DNA of 64,000 bases from an uncultured Candidatus Saccharibacteria bacterium. GTDB lineage: Bacteria > Patescibacteriota > Dojkabacteria > B142 > JAFGMG01. Position numbers and translations under genes: made by a program. The notes under the pieces are model-generated. The model saw nothing but the letters and a program-made list of their open reading frames with translations. It did no database searches and had not been told where the DNA came from. The stretch lies in assembly GCA_964444125.1 (NCBI GenBank), contig CAYUFB010000002.1, positions 9,075 to 73,074 of the forward strand. Reading direction: 5' to 3'. Of this stretch, positions 20,854 through 30,192 are shown in pieces (the first letter of the stretch is position 1; every line of letters begins with the position of its first letter).

Positions 20854-22077
20854 TTATTGTCCAAGCCGCATGCCAGGATTGCGATCAAGCTTGCTATGAT
20901 CATGTGGCAGGTATTTGTCTTTAGAATTTCTCTGGCTTGATAAATAAGCAGATATTCCTATCATTGCGGCATTGTCCTGAAATAGTTTCTTTGAATACGG
21001 ATAGTATACTACTGGTTGAATATCTATTCCTTTTTTTGTTTCCCTTGCGAGTTTTCTTATAGAATATCTAACCTTCGCATTGCTGACTACTCCACCCCCA
21101 AGTAGAATTGATTTAACAGGGTGAGTTTTTAGAGCCTTTTGTACTTTATTTATGAGCGTTTCGATAGCGGCATTTTGGAAACTGGCTGCTATATCTATTA
21201 TCTGTTTTCGATTTAGATTAATTTTTTCTTCGCTCACCTCTAGGTTGGTATCTTGGGTCCAGGACTTACTTTTTTGTCTATTTTGTACTCTACTCTCCCC
21301 TGCTAGGTCTCGTGTGAGATATAGAACTGCAGTTTTTAAGCCAGAATAGCTGACGTTGAGGTCCGGGCTATTTTGCATAGCAATTGGTAATTTGTATGCA
21401 TTTTCGTCTCCTCTTTTGGCTAGTTCTTCAATAACTTTGCCACCTGGGTATCCTACTTTGAGTATTCTTGCGACCTTGTCATAAGCTTCACCAAGAGCGT
21501 CATCTAATGTTTCTCCTATTATTTCATACTTCCCGAAACCTTTTACATAAATAATTTGTGTATGTCCACCTGATATTAATATCCCTAAAGCAGGAAAGTT
21601 GATTTCTGTCAGTGGGTCTGCTTGACTATTTAAGCCTCTGGCAAATGAGCTTAGAAGATGTCCCTCCATATGATCTACCGCGATAATCGGCAAATTGTAT
21701 AAGATAGAGATTTCTTTGGCTTTTTTGATTCCTACTTCTAGCGCTATAGCAAGTCCTGGTCCTTGTGTAACAGCCACTGCATCGATTAAATTATAAATGC
21801 TCTTTATGTCTGACTTTGCAATTTCGTTAATCGCACCTTTTTGTTTTGACTTCTTGGCATTCGAAATGGCTTGCCTGAGTGCGGTTTCAATCACTTTGTC
21901 AATTCTGTTTTCATGTTCCAGACGAGCTATGCCAGGAACTGTACCACCCCATTTTCTATGCATCTCAATCTGGCTAGAGACGACGTTTGATAGGACCATG
22001 TTTTTGTGAGTGACCGCCACACTCGTATCATCGCAAGACGTATCAATGCTCAAAATTGTATTTATTTCTTTTTTCAT
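20854..22077 (-). CDS. tsaD: tRNA N6-adenosine threonylcarbamoyltransferase TsaD (Kae1/Gcp family).
   Basis: N-terminal ILSIDTSCDDTSVAV, HMEGHL metal site, and C-terminal GGGVVSN. Confidence 0.9.
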   Translation of the reverse strand: MKKEINTILSIDTSCDDTSVAVTHKNMVLSNVVSSQIEMHRKWGGTVPGIARLEHENRIDKVIETALRQAISNAKKSKQKGAINEIAKSDIKSIYNLIDAVAVTQGPGLAIALEVGIKKAKEISILYNLPIIAVDHMEGHLLSSFARGLNSQADPLTEINFPALGILISGGHTQIIYVKGFGKYEIIGETLDDALGEAYDKVARILKVGYPGGKVIEELAKRGDENAYKLPIAMQNSPDLNVSYSGLKTAVLYLTRDLAGESRVQNRQKSKSWTQDTNLEVSEEKINLNRKQIIDIAASFQNAAIETLINKVQKALKTHPVKSILLGGGVVSNAKVRYSIRKLARETKKGIDIQPVVYYPYSKKLFQDNAAMIGISAYLSSQRNSKDKYLPHDHSKLDRNPGMRLGQ

Positions 22078-23273
22078 GATCTTTTTAAATTTATATATTT
22101 ATTTAAAGCAAATATTGCAATTAGTATGGCCACTAGGATGAAATAAAATGTTTGCAATTTGTTTATCTCAGCTAGATATCCACCGATGATACCAAAGATT
22201 ATATACGGGGTTTGAGTTAGCATTGCAAGGGTTGAAATAGTGCTTGCCCTATATTTTGATTCAAGATTCTCATTTACCACAACTGAGGCCCAAGGCACCA
22301 CAAATCGACCTAATAGAGTTATAAATAGCATGATAAAGAAGCCAATATAATAATTTGTAGTAATGAAGAGCAAGGATAGAATCAATATCTGTCCAATATA
22401 GAGAATATTAATTCCTCTGACATCCTTGAAGTAATTTCTAATTGATGTGAAAAAGTATAGAGATATGAGTGAGATTGCATTGATAATTGCATAGGTATAA
22501 CTAAGAGTCTCCCCAGTGTAGCCAAAACTTTCACCAACGTACTGTCTGATAAATCCCTGTCCCCATAGTCTATATACACCCCATGAAGCAATGATAAGCA
22601 AAATTACTGGTTTCAAATTTATGCTAAATAAATTCTTAAACCCAATAATTGTGTGTTTCTTAAATTGCGAAAAGGAAAACTTATCAGTATCAACTGAAGG
22701 CTCGGTTAGAAACAGACTAATAATTAGCGCAATTCCAACGAATATTGCCCATCCAAACCAAGGATACTGAGGGTCAATTCTATAAAGCATGCCACCTACT
22801 AGAGATACGATCACAAAAACCAATCCTGTGAGTGCGTAATAGCTTGAGGTGATTTTTGAGAAAAGAGACTCTTTTTTTGTTTCAACTAAACTGTCATATG
22901 ACAATGCCTCCATGCTACCCGATATAAAGGCGAGTCCTGCAAAAGCTAGTGAGTTGCCGAGACCGAGAAGGGAAATTGTTTGTCCAAAAGCCATGATTGC
23001 TGTACCGATAAGTTCGATTGCAAGTCCAAGAATAATCGTTTTTTTCTTCCCCAAAAGATCTGCAATGGCACCTGACGGGATTTCTAAAATAAATCCGATC
23101 ATAAAAGCAAACGTATCTAGGATACTTAGTTCGAATTTGTTCATGTAATTGAGCCAATAGAAGGTCCAATTGCCCATCACAAACCAGCCGTTTGTGAATA
23201 CTCCTAGTAGATAATAGATTTTTATGTTTCTTAGCCCCCCTGTTGGGAAGATATAGTCAAACAATTTCGCCAT
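22074..23273 (-). CDS. MFS transporter.
   Basis: About 12 predicted TM helices with MFS-like loop motifs; 399 aa. Confidence 0.75.
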   Translation of the reverse strand: MAKLFDYIFPTGGLRNIKIYYLLGVFTNGWFVMGNWTFYWLNYMNKFELSILDTFAFMIGFILEIPSGAIADLLGKKKTIILGLAIELIGTAIMAFGQTISLLGLGNSLAFAGLAFISGSMEALSYDSLVETKKESLFSKITSSYYALTGLVFVIVSLVGGMLYRIDPQYPWFGWAIFVGIALIISLFLTEPSVDTDKFSFSQFKKHTIIGFKNLFSINLKPVILLIIASWGVYRLWGQGFIRQYVGESFGYTGETLSYTYAIINAISLISLYFFTSIRNYFKDVRGINILYIGQILILSLLFITTNYYIGFFIMLFITLLGRFVVPWASVVVNENLESKYRASTISTLAMLTQTPYIIFGIIGGYLAEINKLQTFYFILVAILIAIFALNKYINLKRS

Positions 23274-23359
23274 ATATAAATAATTGCCTTAAAAGCTCTA
23301 ATCGATTGTAGATTTTATCAAATTTGGTAGAATAGTTGTAAATATTACTTATTTCAAAT

Positions 23360-23764
23360 ATGGATGATTGTGTTTTCTGTAAAATTGTAAATGGCGAAAT
23401 TCCTTGTTATAAGATTTATGAAGATAGTCAATTTTTGGGATTTCTTGATATTTATCCCGCCAATAAGGGTCAAGCGTTAATCATCCCAAAAGCTCACACA
23501 AGTGCTCAATTCTCGCAGGTACCCGATGATGTTTTAACAGGCGCAATACTTGCTGCAAAATCTCTTGCAGCCAAGATTGAATCTAGTGTTGATAATGTAG
23601 CAAGGTGTATAGTTGCTGTTGAAGGATTTGATGTGGATCATTTTCATATAAAAATATATCCGACATATCTTCCGAATCCAACTGACGAAGCATTTGGCAG
23701 GGGTGGTCAAAAAGCTAATGAGAAAGATCTAAAAGATTTGCAGGAATTGATAAATCAAGATTAG
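23360..23764 (+). CDS. HIT-family (histidine triad) nucleotide hydrolase.
   Basis: CVFCKI N-terminus and the HIT motif DHFHIKIYP. Confidence 0.85.
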   Translation: MDDCVFCKIVNGEIPCYKIYEDSQFLGFLDIYPANKGQALIIPKAHTSAQFSQVPDDVLTGAILAAKSLAAKIESSVDNVARCIVAVEGFDVDHFHIKIYPTYLPNPTDEAFGRGGQKANEKDLKDLQELINQD

Positions 23765-24876
23765 TTCTTATACTGATATATCGAGATTTCTCTCCCAGTC
23801 TCTGAAGTCTGGCTTATCGAAATAATATACATCTCTTGGGTCAATTTGTTTATATAGTTAATTATCCCCTCTACTCTTTCGGGCCATTCGATAGATATAA
23901 TTGATGCATTATCACGTAGCGCATTTTCGAGTCCAATGTCTTTAAGGATTGTTTCGTTTTCGCTCTCAATTTCATTAAGTCTCCAAAAATCATAATGATA
24001 AAGTGTCTTTCTTGTTTTAGGATTCTTATATTGCCTTTCAAAAACATAGGTAGGAGATAAAATTGGTTCATTAATTTCTAAATATTGCGCGATAGCTTTT
24101 GTTGCGTGGGTCTTCCCTGCCCCAAGATCTCCCGAAAATAGTATAACTTTCAAGTCTGGTTTGTTAGTTAGAAATTCTTTAATAATGTCGATCGTTTCTT
24201 GTTCTGAGTTTGATATCTTCTTGCCTGTCCTGTGAAAAGATTTAAGTATCTGCTCGTGAAATTTTGTTCCTCTTAGAACGCTAGGTACACTTGTTGTAGT
24301 ATCAATAACTGTAGAAGATGGCCTTCTAGGCAACCTGCCATAATCAATAATTAGGTCAATTAATTCTTTTTTCCCTTCTGGCAAGCTCTCTAGCAGACTA
24401 TCAATGCTATATGGTGTACTACCTCCAGAAAGGTTTGCACTTGTTGCGGTGATCCCTTCATCTAATTTTGATACTATCTGGATTGGAATTATGTGATCAG
24501 GAATTCTAATTCCTAGTGTCCCTGTTTCACTTTCAAGTCTTCTGTCTGTATTCTCCTTTGATTTACTAATGACTGTATATGGGCCGGGTAAAAAGTTTTT
24601 GTAAATATTCTCGGCAGTTTCATTGAGTAAGACGTATTTTTCTGCCATTTTTCGATCTCTAAGGGCCACAGAAATAGCCTTGCCTTCAGGTCTGCGTTTG
24701 TAGCGTATCAGTTTACTCACGCCCTTTTTGTGGCTTGCTAACGAGCCAATCCCATAACAGGTTTCGGTGGGATAAACAACTATTCCACCATCTCGTAGTA
24801 CATTTACTACTTTTTCCAGATCTAAATCAGTTAATTTATCTTTTGCCTTAATTATTTCCATTGCTAATTTTATCAT
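23761..24876 (-). CDS. Fusion of L-threonylcarbamoyladenylate synthase TsaC/YrdC (N-terminal) with the TsaE/YjeE P-loop protein (C-terminal).
   Basis: N-terminal YPTETCYGIGSLASHKKGVSKLIRYKRRPEGKAISV (YrdC). C-terminal GDLGAGKTHATKAIAQYL and YHYDFWRL (TsaE). Confidence 0.8.
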   Translation of the reverse strand: MIKLAMEIIKAKDKLTDLDLEKVVNVLRDGGIVVYPTETCYGIGSLASHKKGVSKLIRYKRRPEGKAISVALRDRKMAEKYVLLNETAENIYKNFLPGPYTVISKSKENTDRRLESETGTLGIRIPDHIIPIQIVSKLDEGITATSANLSGGSTPYSIDSLLESLPEGKKELIDLIIDYGRLPRRPSSTVIDTTTSVPSVLRGTKFHEQILKSFHRTGKKISNSEQETIDIIKEFLTNKPDLKVILFSGDLGAGKTHATKAIAQYLEINEPILSPTYVFERQYKNPKTRKTLYHYDFWRLNEIESENETILKDIGLENALRDNASIISIEWPERVEGIINYINKLTQEMYIISISQTSETGREISIYQYKN

Positions 24877-24881
24877 AAGAC

Positions 24882-24910
24882 AAAAAAAGGGGTAGATATA
24901 TCTACCCCTT
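24882..24910 (-). terminator. Rho-independent terminator of hup: GGGGTAGATA|TATCTACCCC palindrome flanked by an A7/T7 run.
   Basis: Perfect 10-bp inverted repeat immediately downstream of hup on the minus strand, followed by T7. Confidence 0.6.
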
Positions 24911-24951
24911 TGTAATTAACCAAGCTATACATTTAAGCTATTAGCTCAAAT

Positions 24952-25224
24952 TTATTTGACCATTTCCTTGAAAGCTTTACCAGCTTTAAATACAGGAACT
25001 GTTCTTGCAGGAATCTTGATTGAAGCACCTGTTTGTGGGTTTCTTCCAGATCTTGCTTGTCTTTTGCTTGGTTTGAATGTACCGAAGCCAGTAAAGGTAA
25101 CTGTGTCACCTTTTTTAACTGTTGACATGACTGATCCCATGAAAGCTTCTAGTACATCACCGACTGCTTTTTTTGTTAAGCCAGTCTTTGATGCGATTGT
25201 GTCGACCATTTGTGTTTTGTTCAT
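24952..25224 (-). CDS. hup: DNA-binding protein HU.
   Basis: 90 aa with GFGTF and the RNPQTG arm; strong AGGAGG ribosome-binding site upstream. Confidence 0.92.
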   Translation of the reverse strand: MNKTQMVDTIASKTGLTKKAVGDVLEAFMGSVMSTVKKGDTVTFTGFGTFKPSKRQARSGRNPQTGASIKIPARTVPVFKAGKAFKEMVK

Positions 25225-25498
25225 TTGTAGTAGCCTCCTTTCTTATTGCCCCTGAACTAAAGGGGGTTTATTTGTTGATAACAAAATCAACACCCATAGT
25301 CTATTATGTAATTCGCTTTGTGTCAAGCATTTCTCTTGTCTGGTAATGGATTTGCGTAGTTCATTTAAAATAGAGACAAGATGAACTGCCAAAAGCGCAA
25401 TCTAATTCGACGCTCTCGGCACTATGTCCGGTAGTTATGCTTTTTGGAGATTGCTGGACAGGCTATTATGTCATAGAAAATTCAACGAAAAGTGTGAA

Positions 25499-26338
25499 TT
25501 ACTCCATCTCCTTATCGATTCTTGTAATTTTTTTCGCAGAAAAATTTTCGATTTCTACTAAAACTGAGTTAAAGATTTTTGGTCCTTTTGTCTCTTCTTT
25601 GAATTTTTGCTTGTATGGATATTTGAAATTAGGTATCACGGAATCAAATGAAACCCAAAGCGAAGCTTCTTTAGTTCCGCACATCCCTACATCGCTCACA
25701 AAAGCGCAGTTGCCTTCTTTTGTTGATCTTTTTAATAATTTGGCATCAATAGTACCAACATGAGTATGTGTTCCTAGAACTGCTGCTGTGTCATTTCTGA
25801 CATACCATCCGAAGCTAGCTTTTTCTGATGTGGCCTCAGCATGGAAGTCGATAAGTATTGGAATATTACTATTCTCCCCTACTCTTTTCTTTATTTCTTC
25901 TTGAAATTCGTCGTATGCCCAAAATGGATTTCTAACTTTTTGTCTCATAAATTCTTGTCCCAAAAAAGCTGCAATTATGATTTGCCCTTTCTCTCCCAAA
26001 TCGATGATATCCCAACCTTTTCCTGGAAGATATTCTCTCCCCTCGTAGTTGTATGGTCTAACTATTGGAAGGCTTTGATCTTCTATCTCAATTTTGAATT
26101 CTGGTATATCCCAAACGTGTTCTCCTGTCGTGAAATAATCAATACCATATGATTGCAGTTCGGAAAGAATTTCACGTGTAACTCCCCTACCCCCAGCGGC
26201 GTTTTCTGCGTTAGCGATTACAAAATCGACTTGATACTTTCTACGAATATCTGGCAAAGCACTTTTCACCGCCTCTCTTCCAGGTCTTGCAGAGATATCG
26301 CCAATGAAAAGAATTTTTAAATTGTTATTATCGTTCAT
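25499..26338 (-). CDS. ymdB: YmdB-family metallophosphoesterase (2',3'-cyclic-nucleotide phosphodiesterase, TIGR00282-like).
   Basis: KILFIGDISARPGREAV and ANAENAAGGRGVT, as in YmdB. Confidence 0.85.
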   Translation of the reverse strand: MNDNNNLKILFIGDISARPGREAVKSALPDIRRKYQVDFVIANAENAAGGRGVTREILSELQSYGIDYFTTGEHVWDIPEFKIEIEDQSLPIVRPYNYEGREYLPGKGWDIIDLGEKGQIIIAAFLGQEFMRQKVRNPFWAYDEFQEEIKKRVGENSNIPILIDFHAEATSEKASFGWYVRNDTAAVLGTHTHVGTIDAKLLKRSTKEGNCAFVSDVGMCGTKEASLWVSFDSVIPNFKYPYKQKFKEETKGPKIFNSVLVEIENFSAKKITRIDKEME

Positions 26339-26554
26339 GTGTTAATTATAGTTTACTTTGCAAAATATTGCTATTGAGCCGTATTCTTGTATTCTTGTTT
26401 GATTGATAGACTGCCTAGATATAGCAGTGTGATGTTATAAAATATAAGTTAGTAATTTGGAATTTTTTGAAAATTGTTTGGAAATACTATGAATTGAAGA
26501 AGTATTTGTTTGATAATATTAGTCATGGACAAGTCTTTGTTGCTATAATCTAGT

Positions 26555-27109
26555 ATGAAATTAAAGATTATTCAGATAGGTGATCCTGTCTTAGAACAAA
26601 AAGCCAAACCAGTTAAGGACATAAATGATCCGGCTCTGCAAACATTGATCGATAATATTCTTGATACTTGCAATTTCGATCTTGATAAAACAGCTGGTTT
26701 ATCTGCCCCTCAAGTAGGGGAGTCACTTGCTGTATCTGTTTGCAGACGCTTTGATATTTCTGATGATTCAGTCGAATGGGAGGTTATGATTAATCCGAAA
26801 ATTATAGCTAATTCTTCAGAAAAGAGTACTATGTGGGAAGGATGTTTAAGTATTGGAGAAGGGGATAAGACTTTGTATGGTCCGGTTACTAGGCCCAAAA
26901 GAGTCACAGTCGAATATTTAGATAGAGCAGGGGAGAAAAAAAGGTTGACGGGGGAAGACTTCTTTAGTCATGTGATACAGCATGAAGTAGATCATGTAAA
27001 CGGGATTCTGTTTATCAAATATGTCCAAAATCCAGATCAAAACCTATGGTTATCAAAGGAAATTGATAATTATTTAGAAATTCACGATACTTTTCCTCCA
27101 ATTGTGTAG
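26555..27109 (+). CDS. def: Peptide deformylase.
   Basis: GLSAPQVG, EGCLS and HEVDHVNG motifs. Confidence 0.9.
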   Translation: MKLKIIQIGDPVLEQKAKPVKDINDPALQTLIDNILDTCNFDLDKTAGLSAPQVGESLAVSVCRRFDISDDSVEWEVMINPKIIANSSEKSTMWEGCLSIGEGDKTLYGPVTRPKRVTVEYLDRAGEKKRLTGEDFFSHVIQHEVDHVNGILFIKYVQNPDQNLWLSKEIDNYLEIHDTFPPIV

Positions 27110-27113
27110 TTTT

Positions 27114-28640
27114 TCACGTGAAATATTGAGGAGCTCTGAAACTTAAGGCTTCTGCTATTTCTTGTTTCTCAACATTATCTTTTTGTTTAAGATCTGCAAT
27201 TGTCCTTGCTACTTTGAGAATTTTAAAATATCCTCTTGCCGAGAGATTGTATTTGGCAATCGCCTGTTTGAGAATTAATAGAGATGATTTATCTAGTTTG
27301 ATATAAGTATATATTTCATTGTTTGACATTTGGGCATTACAATTTATGTTTCTTGATTTGAACCTCGAATTTTGCATATTTCGTGCACGATTGATACGAT
27401 CTTTAACTTTACTAGATGACTCCTGTTTTGTGTCCGACTTTTTAAGCTCTGTATACTTGACTTGATTGACCTGTACTATCAAATCAAATCTATCATATAT
27501 TGGGCCACTGATTTTCTGTAAATACCTTTTGCGCTCGTAGGGTGAACAAATACACGGTTTTTTGTCGCTTCCAAAATAACCGCACTTGCATGGATTCATA
27601 GATGCAATAAGCTGGAAATTGGCAGGGTAGGTGACTTTGTATGAAGCTCTGGAGATATGGACGTTTTTATCTTCTAGTGGCTGCCTCAGTGCTTCAAGCG
27701 ATTTTTGCTCAAACTCAGGAAACTCATCAAGGAAGAGTACCCCATTGTGCGCTAATGATATCTCTCCTGGCATTGGATTTGATCCACCTCCAACAAGAGA
27801 TACTTGAGAAGATGTATGATGAGGTGATCTAAAAGGTCTGGATGTGATAAGCGGATAATTTGGATCAATTGATCTGGTTATGCTATGTATTCTTGTAACC
27901 TCTAGGCTTTCTGCAAAGGTCATATCTGGCAGTATTGAAGGCAATGTCCTTGCTAGATAAGTTTTGCCTGATCCGGGTATGCCTGAAAGTAGCAGGTTGT
28001 GTCCGCCCGCAGCCGCAATTTCAAGAGCGCGCTTTGCCTGGATTTGTCCTTTGATTTCGGAGATATCATGTATGTTCGGATCGTTTTTTATTACTTTTGT
28101 CTTAGAATTTCTGATTGGTTTAAGTATTGTTGTATTGTTTAGGTGGGTGACTATTTCTTTGAGTGATGTGACACCGTAGATATTTACGTTTTTGACAAGT
28201 GCTGCTTCAGAGGCATTTTCGTACGGAAGAAATATCTCCTTAAAACCTTTTTTTTGTAATGAATCGATAAGAGGTAGTACTCCACTTATTGAGCGTAAAC
28301 TTCCATCAAGTGCCACTTCTCCTAGGAAAGCAAATGTTTTGAAGTCGAATTCTTTGATTATCTTTTTGGCCAAGAGTATTCCAACCGACATAGCTAGATC
28401 AAATATTGGTCCTGATTTGGGTATATTGGCTGGGGCAAGATTAATAATTTTGTGTCCTGTGCCTATATCAATATCGCTATTTCTAAATGCTGACATCATT
28501 CTTTCTCTTGATTCTTGTACTGCTTTATCAGGAAGTCCAACTATACTAATCTTCCTTTCGCCTCTAGTTATATCGGTTTCAACCTCAATGATCTGTGCAT
28601 CTAAGCCCATTAAAGTTGCTGTATATACTTTTGAGAGCAT
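27114..28640 (-). CDS. comM: YifB/ComM-family Mg-chelatase-like AAA+ protein.
   Basis: N-terminal Lon-like domain, Walker A GIPGSGKT, and the C-terminal ComM domain. Confidence 0.88.
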   Translation of the reverse strand: MLSKVYTATLMGLDAQIIEVETDITRGERKISIVGLPDKAVQESRERMMSAFRNSDIDIGTGHKIINLAPANIPKSGPIFDLAMSVGILLAKKIIKEFDFKTFAFLGEVALDGSLRSISGVLPLIDSLQKKGFKEIFLPYENASEAALVKNVNIYGVTSLKEIVTHLNNTTILKPIRNSKTKVIKNDPNIHDISEIKGQIQAKRALEIAAAGGHNLLLSGIPGSGKTYLARTLPSILPDMTFAESLEVTRIHSITRSIDPNYPLITSRPFRSPHHTSSQVSLVGGGSNPMPGEISLAHNGVLFLDEFPEFEQKSLEALRQPLEDKNVHISRASYKVTYPANFQLIASMNPCKCGYFGSDKKPCICSPYERKRYLQKISGPIYDRFDLIVQVNQVKYTELKKSDTKQESSSKVKDRINRARNMQNSRFKSRNINCNAQMSNNEIYTYIKLDKSSLLILKQAIAKYNLSARGYFKILKVARTIADLKQKDNVEKQEIAEALSFRAPQYFT

Positions 28641-28737
28641 TGTTTATAGATAAATATATTGCTTGATTAATAGTGTGTATAATATTCCTATAAGATTAAA
28701 AAAGTATGAATTTTGTATTAAATATTAATTAAAATAT

Positions 28738-29292
28738 ATGTTGTACTTTAAAAAATTCAAATACTGTCCAGTTTGTGGTAGCGAATATTTAACTGGCGAC
28801 TTTGATGAGGATTCGACGATGTTTTTATGTAAGCAATGTGGGTATAGGTACTATCAAAATATGGATCCAACTGTTGCCTTGATAATTCCAAATGGATCAA
28901 ACCCAAATGAGGTTCTTTTGACTAAACGGAACATGAATCCTGGTCTTGGTCTATGGGATACGCCTGGAGGGTTCTTGAAATATGGAGAAGATCCTGAAAA
29001 TGCATGTGTCAGGGAGATAAAGGAAGAATTGGGTATGACAATTGAGATTGATAGAGTATTTGATGTATTAATTAATATATATGGCTATCAAGGGGTGGAG
29101 TACAATCATACAACTTTGTATTATCTTGCAAAACCTATTTTCGCTCTTCCTGAGATTGCCGATAAACAAGAAAATTCGAGTGTGAAGTTTTTTGATATAA
29201 GGAGGGTAGGGGAGGAAGAAAAAACTTTTGCTTTCAAGGCTGATATTAAGGCATTAAAGGAGTATCGCAAATTCCTTGCAAAAAATTCTTGA
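28738..29292 (+). CDS. NUDIX hydrolase with an N-terminal zinc ribbon.
   Basis: CPVCGSEY...CKQCGY ribbon and the Nudix box GGFLKYGEDPENACVREIKEELG. Confidence 0.8.
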   Translation: MLYFKKFKYCPVCGSEYLTGDFDEDSTMFLCKQCGYRYYQNMDPTVALIIPNGSNPNEVLLTKRNMNPGLGLWDTPGGFLKYGEDPENACVREIKEELGMTIEIDRVFDVLINIYGYQGVEYNHTTLYYLAKPIFALPEIADKQENSSVKFFDIRRVGEEEKTFAFKADIKALKEYRKFLAKNS

Positions 29293-29318
29293 CAAAAATT
29301 TCCAATATTTGGTATATT
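29289..29318 (+). promoter_or_regulatory. Sigma-70 type promoter of hsp20: TTGACA (29289-29294), 18-nt spacer, TATATT (29313-29318).
   Basis: Consensus -35 plus a near-consensus -10, about 65 nt upstream of the hsp20 ATG. Confidence 0.55.
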
Positions 29319-29345
29319 TTAGCAGACAGGGGGTGCGGGTGCTAA
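29319..29345 (+). promoter_or_regulatory. CIRCE-like inverted repeat TTAGCAGAC-N9-GGGTGCTAA (putative HrcA operator), just downstream of the -10.
   Basis: Compared with the CIRCE consensus TTAGCACTC-N9-GAGTGCTAA. The TTAGCA/TGCTAA arms are exact and the 9-nt spacer matches. Confidence 0.5.
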
Positions 29346-29383
29346 AGCTCTTTGTCGTATTTTTACTTTTTATCAAATATATT

Positions 29384-29797
29384 ATGAGAATGACTGTTTG
29401 GGATCCATTTGCTGTAGCAAGACGAATGAGAGATATCGATGATTGGAATGATATGTTTGAGTACGATGAGACAGAACTGGATATGTATGAAGAAGAGGAT
29501 AAAGTGGTTGTGAAATTGAAGGCTCCAGGATTTGACGATAAGAATGTGAACATCACAGTTGAAGACAATACTGTAACTATTACAGGTAGCGCGGAAACTA
29601 AGGAGGAAGAGGAGGATAAGGCAAAGAAATATTATAAAAAAGAGATAACTCAAAGATCATTTACTAGAACAGTATCGTTGCCATCAAAAGTTTTGGTTGA
29701 TAAAGCGAATGCTGAGTTTAAAAATGGTATTTTGCAACTAACTCTTCCAAAAGCTGAGGAATCAAAACCAAAGAAGGTTGAGATCAAGGTTAACTAA
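29384..29797 (+). CDS. Hsp20/alpha-crystallin small heat shock protein. ATG 29384 is the likely start; the ORF track starts at 29276.
   Basis: Alpha-crystallin domain VKLKAPGFDDKNVNITVEDNTVTITG...AEFKNGILQLTLPK. Confidence 0.85.
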   Translation: MRMTVWDPFAVARRMRDIDDWNDMFEYDETELDMYEEEDKVVVKLKAPGFDDKNVNITVEDNTVTITGSAETKEEEEDKAKKYYKKEITQRSFTRTVSLPSKVLVDKANAEFKNGILQLTLPKAEESKPKKVEIKVN

Positions 29798-29824
29798 GAT
29801 TCGAATTATTAGAGTAGAGGAGAA

Positions 29825-29850
29825 AGGGAGGCACAAGTGTCTCCCTTTTG
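29825..29850 (+). terminator. Possible terminator hairpin after hsp20: AGGGAG, 10-nt loop, CTCCCT, then TTTTGG.
   Basis: 6-bp stem followed by a short T-run. Confidence 0.35.
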
Positions 29851-29916
29851 GTTATACTATCGTATGGTATTCAAACAAATTACTTTTTACTATAATAATA
29901 TTTTTATTTAGATCGT

Positions 29917-30192
29917 ATGAGTTATCAATATACATATTTGATGTGGACATTGATTTTTGGATTTGTCTGGTTAATGCTGTATTGTTTCAGAAAGGATGTA
30001 CGAAAGGAAATGTTGTTGATAAGTAGTATGTTTGGGATAGGTGGGATTACATCTCAAGTAACAAATATTGCAGATTATTGGGATCCAATCATACTGTTGA
30101 AAGAATGGTATATGGTAAGGAAATTATCTATGATTATGCAAGTACTTTATACTCGGATCTTGATAAACTGGTTGATATACAAAAGCGTGTAA
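29917..30192 (+). CDS. Possible small membrane protein (91 aa), or the frameshifted N-terminus of the next gene.
   Basis: Two hydrophobic helices. It overlaps the start of ORF 30078 in another frame. Confidence 0.25.
   Translation: MSYQYTYLMWTLIFGFVWLMLYCFRKDVRKEMLLISSMFGIGGITSQVTNIADYWDPIILLKEWYMVRKLSMIMQVLYTRILINWLIYKSV

Noticed and set aside
29276-29383. ORF-track N-terminal extension of hsp20 (MQKILDKNFQYLVYFSRQGVRVLK...).
   Set aside because: It translates the promoter and the CIRCE-like element. The alpha-crystallin domain begins after ATG 29384.
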